Source: Phycisphaerae bacterium
GTDB lineage: Bacteria > Planctomycetota > Phycisphaerae > Sedimentisphaerales > SM23-30
Assembly (NCBI GenBank): GCA_016342495.1
Contig: JAEIOG010000008.1
Span: forward strand, 1 to 64,000
Length of the DNA: 64,000 nucleotides
Direction of reading: 5' to 3'
Part shown: piece by piece, positions 30,568 through 40,513 of the stretch
Layout: the number at the start of each line of letters is the position of its first letter
Numbering within the stretch: the first letter of the stretch is position 1
The notes under the pieces: model-generated
Databases searched by the model: none
What the model was told of the DNA's origin: nothing
Seen by the model: only the letters and a program-made list of their open reading frames with translations
Made by a program: the position numbers and the translations under genes

Positions 30568-33234
30568 TTAGAGTTTTACTTCTATGGTGGAATCGGGGTC
30601 GATTGTCACGCCTGTGATTGTGGTTGTGGTTTTGTCGGGCTTGCCAACTTCGATGGTGTATGAACCTTCGGTAAAGACCTTGGGTTGGAAAGTATTGCCT
30701 TTAATGCGGATTGCATAAATGGGTTGTCCGGTGGCTTCATCGATAACTTTGATTACCGGGTCGGTCGCACCTTTTATTTTCAGAGTTGGCAAAAAGCCCA
30801 GTGCTTTGCGGGAGTAGTTGTCCATTTGATTAATGGTAATGGGCCACCCGGTGTATTGTTTAGCATCTTTCTTTGAAGGGTCGGTAAGCCGAGGCCAACA
30901 TTCGATGGTGATGTCACGCGTGTCGAGATTGAAACGGGTAATGCCATAGCCTGTAGCACGGTCATAAAGTCTTTCGGGTTTTAAACCGGTAAAGAGAGGA
31001 TTGGAAACGGCATGGACGGTGATTTTATTGCCAAAGCCATCTTCAAAGTCACCAGTATATTTAGGTTGGCCTTCTTTATGGTTGGCACCGGGGATGCAAG
31101 GGTACCAGCGGCGTGGCCAAACATTTGAAACTGAAGGAACGCAAAGGGCAAAGCCAGCATCATTATATTCATCGATACCATACTGGATGGTGCTGCCGAG
31201 GTGCTGGTCGCCGGCGATGTGGAAGGTGAAACCTTTGCGGATTGCTTTAAGGGCATTGTTGCGTCCAGTTTGGGGCCAACCATTAGAATCGAAGTCAGAG
31301 ACAGGCATATCATCTTCGGGATATTCACCTTCGTTAAGGATGCGCAATCTTGGCACAGCGGCATCGGACATTTCGTTAGCTGGCAGGGTAGCGACATTAG
31401 CGAAAATGGTCTGGCTAAGCAGAACTTTCATATAGACATCGCCACTCCAGTCGGTGGCCCAATCGTTAAGGAAAGTGAGCTGGCGTTCGCCGAGCAGTTT
31501 TGCTCCTGGAACATCGGCACTGGCTTTGGCGTTAAAGTCTTTGTTTTGCGGCCAACCATTGTAGATTTCGGCATCGGGCAGCAGTGGTTTGGGTGCGGAT
31601 TTGAATTTGCGGTCTTCGATCACGCCAAAGCTGACACCGCCATAATTCATATTGCAATAATAGACGTCGATGTCCTGCAGTACAGGAGTCGGGTCATAAG
31701 GGTCGGGCATGTGGCTGGTTTGGGTGCGTTGAACGGCATTGACAAGTTCGGGTGGCATTTTGTAGCCACCGGCATCCTGAGCAGCGGCTCCGCCTTTGCC
31801 GGCGGGGGTAGCTTTGCCACCAGCACCCCAGATATTTCCATGATAGACATCGTGGTCATCAGGGATGGCGATGGCAGGGATGTTGGCTAATAGGTGTTTA
31901 TAGGCCCAGCCATAGAGGTACCATTTGCGCAGGTAATCAACGGGGTCGTATTGAACGCCGTAGCCACCGACGCCTTCATAGATCTGATCGCCAGAAAAGA
32001 ACAGCAAGTCAGGATTATGGAATTCTACGCTTTTAACAAAATCATTATTAGGAAAGCCCAGATCATTATTTCCGGTGAAACTGGCAACAACGAGTTCTTT
32101 TTTATTGCGTGGGTCTTTGCGGATGGTACCGGTGAAATATTCGTTTGTTACCTTCCCGGAAGTTTGGGTGTATTCATAGCAAAGACGATAAGGTGTGTCT
32201 TTGGTGTCATTCCATTGGGGGATTCTAAAGGTGGCGGTGCGAGAAAGGGGATGAATTTGAGATTTTTCCAGAGCATGCCATTGTTTATCTTTTAGAATTT
32301 GCAATTGAACGAATTGCGATTCAGCAGGTCCGATAGGGGCCATCTGAGCGGTTAGTTTTAGAATGTTATTACTGAGAGTGTGTTGGGCGAACATGATTGG
32401 GCCAAAGGTCTGGTCGGGTTTGGCGATGATTTTTGAGCCTTTGACGGTCCAATTGCCAAACCAGAATCGGACATTGCCGCCACGTCCGGTGCCAGCTCTC
32501 ATGCCCCAGTTGCCATCGTCGATATTAGGACGTTTGGCAGGGGTGTCAAGAATTTTACCTCTTGAACAGGCCAGGGCCAGCCCGCCATTGAGCCAATCGG
32601 GGTCAATGTTTTCACGTTTGATGCCGGCGATGATTTTACCTTCTTTATAGGCAGCCATTTCGATTTTATAATTGCCATCGGTTTGGGGTTTGGCGATAAG
32701 CTTTAGTTCAATATTATTTAATGGTGTTGGGACTTGTTCGGTATTATTATCCAGGTTGCCGATGAATAGTTTACCATCGGTGGTAATGCCAATGGGGTAG
32801 CCTATGCCTCTGACGGCGCTGTCACGGTAATCGTTAAATTCACCCCGTACACCGACCTTGAAGCCTACCCAGCCTTGATCGAGTTTTGCAAGATCAGGTT
32901 CGAGTTGTCCAAGTTGGACAGAAGTGATGATTGAGCCGGCATTAGCGGTGGTTTCATGAGTGAGCAGATAAACATTACGGTCACCGCCACTGACATTGCA
33001 CTGGATTTTGCCATCGGCTAATTTCCAGTCCTGCAGCGGATTAGACCAGAATTGGGGAGCTAAGAAGTAGCGGTCGATTTCGGTGGAAATCTGGCCACTA
33101 TTGAAGGGGGGGTTAGGGGTGGAAGTTTTAAATATTTCGGTTTGACTGCAACCTGCCATAGTAATGGCAAATAATAGTGACAGGCAAATAACTATCCTGA
33201 TTTGTTTTTGAATCATGCTGATTCCTTTCCGCAT
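30568..33234 (-). CDS. Large secreted/lipoprotein PhoD-like metallophosphatase (alkaline phosphatase D family) with extra N-terminal domains
   Basis: Signal 'MIQKQIRIVICLSLLFAITMAGCSQ' is lipobox-like. 'LLFFSGDQIYEG' and 'IPDDHDVYHGNIWGAGG' are PhoD calcineurin-like motifs. Confidence 0.7.
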   Translation of the reverse strand: MRKGISMIQKQIRIVICLSLLFAITMAGCSQTEIFKTSTPNPPFNSGQISTEIDRYFLAPQFWSNPLQDWKLADGKIQCNVSGGDRNVYLLTHETTANAGSIITSVQLGQLEPDLAKLDQGWVGFKVGVRGEFNDYRDSAVRGIGYPIGITTDGKLFIGNLDNNTEQVPTPLNNIELKLIAKPQTDGNYKIEMAAYKEGKIIAGIKRENIDPDWLNGGLALACSRGKILDTPAKRPNIDDGNWGMRAGTGRGGNVRFWFGNWTVKGSKIIAKPDQTFGPIMFAQHTLSNNILKLTAQMAPIGPAESQFVQLQILKDKQWHALEKSQIHPLSRTATFRIPQWNDTKDTPYRLCYEYTQTSGKVTNEYFTGTIRKDPRNKKELVVASFTGNNDLGFPNNDFVKSVEFHNPDLLFFSGDQIYEGVGGYGVQYDPVDYLRKWYLYGWAYKHLLANIPAIAIPDDHDVYHGNIWGAGGKATPAGKGGAAAQDAGGYKMPPELVNAVQRTQTSHMPDPYDPTPVLQDIDVYYCNMNYGGVSFGVIEDRKFKSAPKPLLPDAEIYNGWPQNKDFNAKASADVPGAKLLGERQLTFLNDWATDWSGDVYMKVLLSQTIFANVATLPANEMSDAAVPRLRILNEGEYPEDDMPVSDFDSNGWPQTGRNNALKAIRKGFTFHIAGDQHLGSTIQYGIDEYNDAGFALCVPSVSNVWPRRWYPCIPGANHKEGQPKYTGDFEDGFGNKITVHAVSNPLFTGLKPERLYDRATGYGITRFNLDTRDITIECWPRLTDPSKKDAKQYTGWPITINQMDNYSRKALGFLPTLKIKGATDPVIKVIDEATGQPIYAIRIKGNTFQPKVFTEGSYTIEVGKPDKTTTTITGVTIDPDSTIEVKL

Positions 33235-33639
33235 TTAATAGAGTTATACATTTATGCAGGTGACAGTGTTATTATTGCACTGGAAAGAGAGGATGGCAAG
33301 GATAAAAGTTGAAAGTGAGTAAGTGTTCATGGGACAATTTGCGACGGGGTTTTATATTGTATGCCACAGAGAAACAGAGGACACGGAGGAAGAGTAATTC
33401 TTTTGTGTGCAGATGAAGGGTGAATTTAATTTTGAAAAGCACAATTGGTGATTTGTAAGTTTTGTATAAAGTTATTGTTTTCAGTATATTATGGTGTTTT
33501 TGCATCGTTTTTTGGGATTCTTATGTCAGTGAACTTTGGGGTGTTATTCTATTGGAATAGTGGATCCAAGAAGAAAATATTGCGAAAAAGTAGAAAAAAG
33601 TGCTGGAAAATTAAGATTATTAGTTGATAATAGACAGCA

Positions 33640-34764
33640 ATGGATACCGAACAAAAACTTAACATACTGGCCGACTCAAGCAAGTTCGATCTGGCTTGTT
33701 CATGCAAGCTGGATAATGAGCCGGGGCGAGTGCGCGGGCCCGAGGGGCGCTGGATATATCCTACGGTTTTGCCCAATGGTCAACGGATTTTTCTATTGAA
33801 AGTGCTCCAGTCTAATGAATGTCGCAATGATTGTTCTTATTGTCCGTTTAATCATAATGCTAATATTGACCGTTGCAGCCTGGGTTCAGAAGAACTGGCG
33901 GCGGTGTTTGTCAAGCTGTGGCATGGACGTAAGGTGGTTGGCTTGTTTCTATCCTCGGGGATATGCGGCAATGCAGATAGAACCATGGCAGCGATGCTAA
34001 AGACCATTGAGATATTGAGGTATCGCTACGGATTTAAGGGTTTTGTGCATTTGAAGGTTTTGCCGGGAGCCAGTGACAATGCCATCTTGCGAGCGGTTCA
34101 GCTGGCGACCAGGGTTTCGGTTAATATTGAGGTGCCCAATGCAAAGCGGATGGCGATACTCAGTAAGGGCAAGGATTTTCAAAATGGAATTATTCGCACA
34201 ATTGACAGGATAAAATATTATACTGAAAATGTGCCAGGGGCATGTAGGGGGCAAACGACACAGTTTGTGGTGGGGGCCGCTGATGAATCGGATAAGGAAA
34301 TAGTTAGTTCGACGGCGGCATTGTATAATGACAAGGGGCTGGACAGGGTGTATTTTTCAGCTTATCAGCCGGTTGGTGATCTGTCAGCTAGCGAAGGTGA
34401 GGGGAGTTTCATCCGTGAGCATAGATTGTATCAGGTTGATTATCTGTTGCGGAAATATAGCTTCAGCAAAGATGAGATTATCTTTGATGCCGAAGACAGG
34501 CTTTCGCTGACAAAAGACCCTAAGGAAGCGTGGGCCCATCAGCATCCGGAGTTTTTCCCGATAGATATTAATACCGCTGACCGGGAAGAGATCTTGCGGG
34601 TGCCGGGTATTGGATTAGTTAGTGTCAAAAAGATTATAAAAGCCCGGCGGGCCAGGAAGTTTTTGTATATAAGTCAATTGCAGGATCTGGGTGTGTCAGT
34701 TAAGAAAGCCCGGCAATATCTAAAGTTGCGGGACAATCAGCTAGTGCAGTTGACTTTGTGGTAA
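33640..34764 (+). CDS. Radical SAM protein with C-terminal helix-hairpin-helix, of the 'putative DNA modification/repair radical SAM' type that is normally paired with a family-4 UDG
   Basis: 'NECRNDCSYCPFN' is a CxxxCxxC cluster motif. The C-terminus 'ADREEILRVPGIGLVSVKKIIKARR' is an HhH. Confidence 0.65.
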   Translation: MDTEQKLNILADSSKFDLACSCKLDNEPGRVRGPEGRWIYPTVLPNGQRIFLLKVLQSNECRNDCSYCPFNHNANIDRCSLGSEELAAVFVKLWHGRKVVGLFLSSGICGNADRTMAAMLKTIEILRYRYGFKGFVHLKVLPGASDNAILRAVQLATRVSVNIEVPNAKRMAILSKGKDFQNGIIRTIDRIKYYTENVPGACRGQTTQFVVGAADESDKEIVSSTAALYNDKGLDRVYFSAYQPVGDLSASEGEGSFIREHRLYQVDYLLRKYSFSKDEIIFDAEDRLSLTKDPKEAWAHQHPEFFPIDINTADREEILRVPGIGLVSVKKIIKARRARKFLYISQLQDLGVSVKKARQYLKLRDNQLVQLTLW

Positions 34765-34949
34765 CTGCTAAGGGCGGGGTTCACTTTATATAATGAGTAA
34801 TATTTTGGCTATATGAAGCAATATAGAACGAAGCGGCAGCGCCGTGCTAAGGCGTTATGCCACATTACATAATGCTTAAAGCAATTTCGGTGTAAAACCA
34901 CAATTTACGTTTTTTAGCTGGGCGCTACCGCTACCAGCTGTTTGTTGGC

Positions 34950-35300
34950 TAATAAATGCTGGTATTGTAATTGACCAGTGTTATCGCTTAGGCATCCGTC
35001 GGTATGCAGAGACGTTGCATGCAAAGTCTCTGCAGTTGTGTCCAGCACAATAGACATCCGACAGCGCGGGCATGGCCCACCCTGCAAAACTGGTAACTGG
35101 TAATTAGTTATCGCTAATGGGATAAGAGACAAGCAGGATGCTTGTCCTACAGATGGGTCCCTCGCCAGCTACATCCAGACGGTCCAAGGCGGCAACGACG
35201 CCGGTACATCCACCAACCAATGATGCTTATGTAAGTTATGTCCAGCTTCAAGCTGGTAGGGTAGAGACGTTGCATGCAACGTCTCTACTACAGTATTGTG
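34950..35300. repeat. Copy A of a composite palindrome-rich repeat element, in the same orientation as copy C at 57590-58065 and inverted relative to copy B at 55305-55830
   Basis: Shared blocks with copy C are 'gctggtatt..ttgac', 'gacaagcaggatgcttg', 'ggcggcaacg.cgccgg...ccaacca.tgat.cttatgtaag' and 'CCAGCTTCAAGCTGG'. The hairpin 'tagagacgttgcatgcaacgtctcta' is shared with copy B. Confidence 0.7.
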
Positions 35301-35461
35301 TTCAGGGAAATAAACACCCTGCAACATGGCATAGGCCATAATCAGCGTGGGATACTTGGTTTAGGGCCAGCTTCTGGCAGAGCCGACTCAGGGCAATCGC
35401 ATGAAATTTTCATCCCTGTTTGTGGGTTAAAATCGATGCTAAATCAAAAAAGTTGACCTTG

Positions 35462-35543
35462 TCATCCCCGCGCAGGCGGGGATCCAGGAGATGCAAGCCA
35501 TGATTTTAGCTCGAAAACTGGATTCCCGCCTGCGTGGGAATGA
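35462..35543. promoter_or_regulatory. Pair of GC-rich hairpins in mutually inverted orientation, located between repeat copy A and the LRR gene
   Basis: 'CCCCGCGCAGGCGGGG' and 'TTCCCGCCTGCGTGGGAA' are separated by about 40 nt. Confidence 0.4.
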
Positions 35544-35645
35544 CACAATGAAATTTCATGCGTTAGCCCTGGAGCCGACTTGCAAGCCCTTGACATAGTC
35601 CTAATTAACCAGTACAATAACCCTATCGGACGTTAAAACCATAAA

Positions 35646-36326
35646 TTGAAAGGACAAAAACCAATGAAAAAAATCTTAGGGATTATCTTAATATCCATCA
35701 TAGCTTTGTTTGTACTAGATCATATTTTAGTCTATTATTTTGTGTATGACGCCACAGGTGGTTCCCTATCGAATACCGATCCCGGCCAACAAGCCGCTTA
35801 TGACAAGGCCCTAACCTTAATCGAGAAGGCCAAAGCCGACAATGACATCTCGCTGAGCCTTAGTCATTCAGGTTTGACCCAAGTACCGCCAGAGATAGGT
35901 GAGCTTACTTCTATGGAATGGCTGGACCTTAGCAATAATGCTCTAACTGCTTTGCCACCGGAGATAGGTGAGCTTGATTCGCTGAAATACCTGTATCTAT
36001 ATGATAATGCCATAACCAGCTTCCCGACAGATATCAGTGAGCTTACTTCCCTGGTAATGCTTGTTCTGCATGAGAATGAACTTACCAGCCTGCCAGAAGA
36101 AATGGCCAACCTTACTTCACTCAACCAGCTGTACCTCAATGACAATAAGCTGAAAGTTTTGCCCCAGTGGATTACCCAGCTGGATATGGAAATAGTCTGG
36201 GAAGATAAATCTTATAGAGGTAAAGGCATCAATGTCTATGGCAACCCTTTAGAAGAACCACCAATCGAAGTCGTCAAGCAAGGCAAAGCCGCTATTAAAG
36301 CCTGGTTCGATGAGAAGAATAAGTAA
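35646..36326 (+). CDS. Leucine-rich-repeat protein, single module: an N-terminal TM/signal, 'AAYDKAL' helix, about six LRRs (LxxLxLxxNxLtxLPxEIgxLtsL) and a conserved C-terminal cap 'WITQLDMEIVWE..GINVYGNPLEEPPIEVVKQGKAAIKAWF'
   Basis: LRR consensus repeats 'LEWLDLSNNALTALPPEIGELDSLKYLYLYDNAITSFPTDISELTSLVMLVLHENELTSLPEEMANLTSLNQLYLNDNKLKVLP'. Confidence 0.8.
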   Translation: MKGQKPMKKILGIILISIIALFVLDHILVYYFVYDATGGSLSNTDPGQQAAYDKALTLIEKAKADNDISLSLSHSGLTQVPPEIGELTSMEWLDLSNNALTALPPEIGELDSLKYLYLYDNAITSFPTDISELTSLVMLVLHENELTSLPEEMANLTSLNQLYLNDNKLKVLPQWITQLDMEIVWEDKSYRGKGINVYGNPLEEPPIEVVKQGKAAIKAWFDEKNK

Positions 36327-36500
36327 CCGCCGAGGGCAGCGGTTAACTGTTTATCGGGGCAAGGGGGATTATATGGGATTGAACAGATGGTATAGGCTTA
36401 AAAGTGAAGCCCCCAGCGTGAGAGCTGAGGGCTTGCTATTGACGGGAACTCTACAATCGCTGGGCGGTGAGGCACAGCTTTGCATTTCCTTGTTTCTGCT

Positions 36501-37514
36501 TTAGTAGGCATTGCCTATTTTTCTGGCCCGGACGGGTTTGTCCAGGTCGATATTAAGTTCTATACCGACTTCTACCAGGATATTCCAGCCGGCAGCCAGC
36601 ATGACATAGGTGGTCAGGGCTTCGGCATCTTTGACTTTGATGGTGGGGAAGATGGTGTCTTTCGTTGAGATAGCGATAACAGTCAGGCCAACGCCATCAG
36701 CTAAGGTGGTCTTGATCTTTTCCAGTTCGGCTTCATATGGATCAATCAGGATGACAACATCATTGGCGTTCATGACTTCTTCGATGCCATGGACAGCATA
36801 GGTGCCTTCGAGGTAGTCGCTCTTCTTGCGGGTGATTTCGTTGGTCTTGAGGGTAAGTTCTTCAGCTACTCCATCATTGCGGCCAGCAAAATAGATAGTG
36901 CCGGCATTGGCGATGGCTTTGGTGATAGTCGGGTCGATTTCCATGGTTAGAGCATCTTCGATGCCATCGGCCATCAGGTCTTTGAGGTATGGTTTGCAGA
37001 AGCCTGACATATTGCAAAGGATCGATTGATAGAAAAGAGCCTGTTCGGCTACGCTTTTAGTAGCGGCGACAGCGTTTTCTTTGCCACATTTAAGGACAAA
37101 AGCCTGCTTTGACATTTCCTGGAGCTTGGTACCGGCATTGGCGGTCAGGCCATAAAGTTTGTCATTGCCTGCTTGCTTTTGGGTATCGAACAGGCAGATG
37201 AGTTCTTTGGTCTGGCCACTGTTTGAAGCACCGAAGATGACCCAGTCTTTGAGGTCATATTCAGCGGCCTGGCGTGAGCCTTCGGTATCCAGTTCAAGAT
37301 TCATGCCCAGGCCACGAGCAAAGCGGATGGCATTTTTGGCTGGGAAGATACGGCTGGAGCCTTCACCGGTTAAGAAAAGCTTGCCAGCAGTTGTGATCGC
37401 TTCGGATACCGCTTCGATATTGTTGTTGGCTGATGAGAATTCGCGGATGATTCCGGGGGTTTCAAGCATTTCTTTGCAAAGTGCGTATTTTGAGTATTTT
37501 TCGCTATTATTCAT
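36501..37514 (-). CDS. Tandem-SIS-domain sugar-phosphate isomerase/deaminase (AgaS / GlmS C-terminal-like)
   Basis: 'LFLTGEGSSRIFPA' and 'IYFAGRNDGVAEELTLKTNEITRKKS' are SIS motifs. 337 aa. Confidence 0.65.
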   Translation of the reverse strand: MNNSEKYSKYALCKEMLETPGIIREFSSANNNIEAVSEAITTAGKLFLTGEGSSRIFPAKNAIRFARGLGMNLELDTEGSRQAAEYDLKDWVIFGASNSGQTKELICLFDTQKQAGNDKLYGLTANAGTKLQEMSKQAFVLKCGKENAVAATKSVAEQALFYQSILCNMSGFCKPYLKDLMADGIEDALTMEIDPTITKAIANAGTIYFAGRNDGVAEELTLKTNEITRKKSDYLEGTYAVHGIEEVMNANDVVILIDPYEAELEKIKTTLADGVGLTVIAISTKDTIFPTIKVKDAEALTTYVMLAAGWNILVEVGIELNIDLDKPVRARKIGNAY

Positions 37515-37612
37515 TTATATAGTCTCCAAATTAGCGTTAATAATGATCAGGGGATAAGTATTGTAATGGTAAATAATGGTTTTGGCAAGGGGCAAATCGG
37601 TGACAGAATGTG

Positions 37613-38377
37613 CTATTTTTTCTGTGGTATAGGCATATTAAGTTCTTTTAGAACGCTTTTCATGTCCTGCCAGACCTTTAATCGGGTATCCTGGGTGTAG
37701 TTGCGGAGTAGATAGGCAGGGTGGTAAGTAGCGATTAGTTTTATGGGGTTGGCGTTTTGGCCCGGTAGATATTGGTGGGTTTTGCCGCGTAGCTGGCCTA
37801 TTGGGGTGGTAGTATCTAGTAAGGTATGGGCGGCATGAGAGCCTAAGGCGACGATGATTTCCGGGTTGATGATTTGTAATTGCTGGTGCAGGTAGTCAAT
37901 ACAGTGCATGATTTCATCTGGTTTGGGGTCGCGGTTTTGCGGTGGGCGGCATTTAAGGATGTTGGCGATATAGATGTCATTGCGTTGGAAGCCCATGGCG
38001 TTAATAATATTGGTGAGCAGCTTGCCAGCATTGCCGATGAAAGCTAAGCCTTGCTGGTCCTCCTGCTGTCCGGGAGCTTCGCCAACAAAGACGATGCGAC
38101 TATTGGGGTTGCCCTGGCCTGGGACGATATTGAGGCGGGTTTGACCCAATGGACATTTCTGGCATTGACTGATTAAGGCATATAGTTCGTGGAGCTGTTG
38201 GCCTTTATCAATTTCAGCTTTCTGGACAGAGGGGTCATTGGGGATTATTTTAGCCATTGATTGAGGTTCCGGGGTGCTTTTGTCGACAGGCAACCATGAG
38301 CCACCCAGAAATTGATCGCACAAAAACTGGGCTTCGATATCGTGCATGAGTTGTTTGTTGGGATTGTTGATTGCCAT
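37613..38377 (-). CDS. Uracil-DNA glycosylase family 4-like protein, of the subfamily usually found adjacent to the DNA-repair radical SAM protein
   Basis: Motif A 'FVGEAPGQQEDQQGLAFIGNAGKLL' and motif B 'ATYHPAYLLRN'. 254 aa. Confidence 0.75.
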   Translation of the reverse strand: MAINNPNKQLMHDIEAQFLCDQFLGGSWLPVDKSTPEPQSMAKIIPNDPSVQKAEIDKGQQLHELYALISQCQKCPLGQTRLNIVPGQGNPNSRIVFVGEAPGQQEDQQGLAFIGNAGKLLTNIINAMGFQRNDIYIANILKCRPPQNRDPKPDEIMHCIDYLHQQLQIINPEIIVALGSHAAHTLLDTTTPIGQLRGKTHQYLPGQNANPIKLIATYHPAYLLRNYTQDTRLKVWQDMKSVLKELNMPIPQKK

Positions 38378-38380
38378 AAG

Positions 38381-40513
38381 TTATTCTTCCTGATGGCCAA
38401 ATTGCATATTGTATAAGGTTTTATATAGTTCACATTCTTTGAGTAGCTGTTGGTGTTTGCCGGCGGCAATGATTTGGCCCTGATCCATAACGACGATTTT
38501 GTCGGCGCCGATGACTGTGCTGAGCCGATGGGCAATAACAAAAGAAGTTCTGGTTTTGGAGAATTCTTCCAGGGCTTTCTGGATTTTAACTTCGCTGTCA
38601 GAATCGATCTGGCTGGTCGCTTCATCGAAAATAAGGATAGCCGGGTCGCTGAGGATAGCCCGGGCGATAGCCATCCTTTGTAATTGGCCACCAGAGAGGG
38701 TAGAGCCTGATTCGCCGACGATGGTATCATAGCCATTGGCGGTATTGGCGATGAATTCATGGGCGAAAGCCTGTTTAGCAGCTTCGATGATTTGTTCGTC
38801 GGTTGCGTTGGGAACACCATAAGAAAGATTAGTTTTTATGGTCTCATTAAACACAATGGTTTGCTGGGTAACGATACCAATTTGACTACGCAGAGATGTA
38901 AGGGCGACATCAGCTGTGTTAGTGCCATCGATAATAACCTGACCAGAATCCGGGACGAAAAAACGGGGGATAAGGCTAAGTAAGGTGGTTTTGCCGGAGC
39001 CATTTGGCCCAACGATAGCGATGGTTTGGCCGGCTTGGACTTTGAGGTTGATATTTGTCAGGTTCTGGACTGGGCTGCCTTGATAAGTGAAATTGATGTC
39101 TTTGAATTCAAGAGAGCTTTGTAGTTTAGTCATTGGTTTAGCCTGTGGCTGGTATTTTTCCTGTGGGGCATCATGAAGTTCAAAAACCCGTTGAGCAGAA
39201 GCATTAGCGGTTTGAATTTTCGGGAAGACAGATCCGAGTTTACGTCCAGCTTCAGCCATCGAGCCCAGGAGAATCGAAATTGTGAAAAATGAACTTGGGT
39301 CCATTTTTCCCGAAGCGATCCAGTCGGCGGCAAAAATCATACCTACGCAAGCTCCAGATATTGCGACGCATTCCAGCAAAGGTCCGCTACCGGCATCGAC
39401 CCGGGCCATTCTTAACTGTTGTTTTACAAGATTATCATTTATGTTGAGAAAATTTCTACTTTCATTGTCTTCCTGACAATATCCCTTTACCACCCTTATT
39501 CCCATGAAAGTGTCATGTAGTTTTGAAAGCAGTTTTGACCAGTTTTCTAATGTGCGTTTGGTTGCCTTTTTCATTTTTTTACCAAGTCTGTTCATGGCAA
39601 AACCAGCGATGGGGACACAAGTAATGACGATTAGAGTCATCTGGGCGTCAATCAGGAAAGCCCCGATAGCCATAGTGAGGATGGTGAAAGGTTCGCGGAT
39701 ACATTTGCCTAACAATACAGTAATGCCGCTTTGGATTTTGTTGGTATCCTGGATATATCTGCTCATGGTATCACTGACACCTTCATTACTGAAAAATGAA
39801 AGAGGTAGTCTTATGGTATTTCTGTAGGTTTCCTGACGGATTTCCTGGAGGGTTTTGAATGTGATAATACGAACGAGGTATTCCTGAATGAAACGTAAAA
39901 GGCAACGCAGGATTGTGGCAATGAGCATCATAATGATAAGGGCGACCATGCACTTTCGTTTGAATTCGACGCTGTTTTCATGAGGCAATTTAGCCAGTAT
40001 GTTTTTTGCTAATGGGGCATAGAACGGTTTATCACCGGGGTTAAGGTTAAGCGTAGAGATAGAATTGTCACTATGTTCGATTTTAAGTTGCGGGTTTTGT
40101 GCCCAGGCTAACTTATCAAGTTCGGCTAAGAAATTAGATGTGGTTTGCACATCGCCATTATCGTCGGTCCATGAAACAGCTAAAAGTTTATCGCCAATTT
40201 TCAGGCCTGCAATATCCGAAGGAGATTTATCCTTGATTTTGCTAATGATAAGGAATTTTTCAATTTTGGCGGTTTGCTGGCTGAAATTATTTAATTCTGA
40301 TTCGGAAAAAGACAGTCCGGAGCTGCTTTTGATGACACTTCGATTGACCCAGCCAGCCATACCTTCATCTGTAATAATGATTTTCATCAGTGGCAGCATA
40401 GCTGTAAGACTGGCTGCAAAGAGAGTAGCTGTGCCTAAAGCGCATATAATTGAGATGATGACAAGTTTATAATGCTTAAAAACATATTTGAGTACGCGAT
40501 TCAAATGTTCCAT
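38381..40513 (-). CDS. ABC exporter with fused permease and ATPase (MsbA-like), carrying a roughly 170-aa periplasmic insertion after TM1 that contains a PDZ-like motif
   Basis: Walker A 'GPNGSGKTT', signature 'LSGGQLQRMAIARAIL' and Walker B 'ILIFDEATS'. The PDZ-like motif is 'GLKIGDKLLAVSW'. Its stop is 3 nt from the UDG start. Confidence 0.75.
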   Translation of the reverse strand: MEHLNRVLKYVFKHYKLVIISIICALGTATLFAASLTAMLPLMKIIITDEGMAGWVNRSVIKSSSGLSFSESELNNFSQQTAKIEKFLIISKIKDKSPSDIAGLKIGDKLLAVSWTDDNGDVQTTSNFLAELDKLAWAQNPQLKIEHSDNSISTLNLNPGDKPFYAPLAKNILAKLPHENSVEFKRKCMVALIIMMLIATILRCLLRFIQEYLVRIITFKTLQEIRQETYRNTIRLPLSFFSNEGVSDTMSRYIQDTNKIQSGITVLLGKCIREPFTILTMAIGAFLIDAQMTLIVITCVPIAGFAMNRLGKKMKKATKRTLENWSKLLSKLHDTFMGIRVVKGYCQEDNESRNFLNINDNLVKQQLRMARVDAGSGPLLECVAISGACVGMIFAADWIASGKMDPSSFFTISILLGSMAEAGRKLGSVFPKIQTANASAQRVFELHDAPQEKYQPQAKPMTKLQSSLEFKDINFTYQGSPVQNLTNINLKVQAGQTIAIVGPNGSGKTTLLSLIPRFFVPDSGQVIIDGTNTADVALTSLRSQIGIVTQQTIVFNETIKTNLSYGVPNATDEQIIEAAKQAFAHEFIANTANGYDTIVGESGSTLSGGQLQRMAIARAILSDPAILIFDEATSQIDSDSEVKIQKALEEFSKTRTSFVIAHRLSTVIGADKIVVMDQGQIIAAGKHQQLLKECELYKTLYNMQFGHQEE

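Noticed and set aside
34764-35645. Diversity-generating retroelement near the LRR genes
   Set aside because: No reverse transcriptase or template-repeat / variable-repeat pair was identified. The repeats are non-coding and 5' of the genes.
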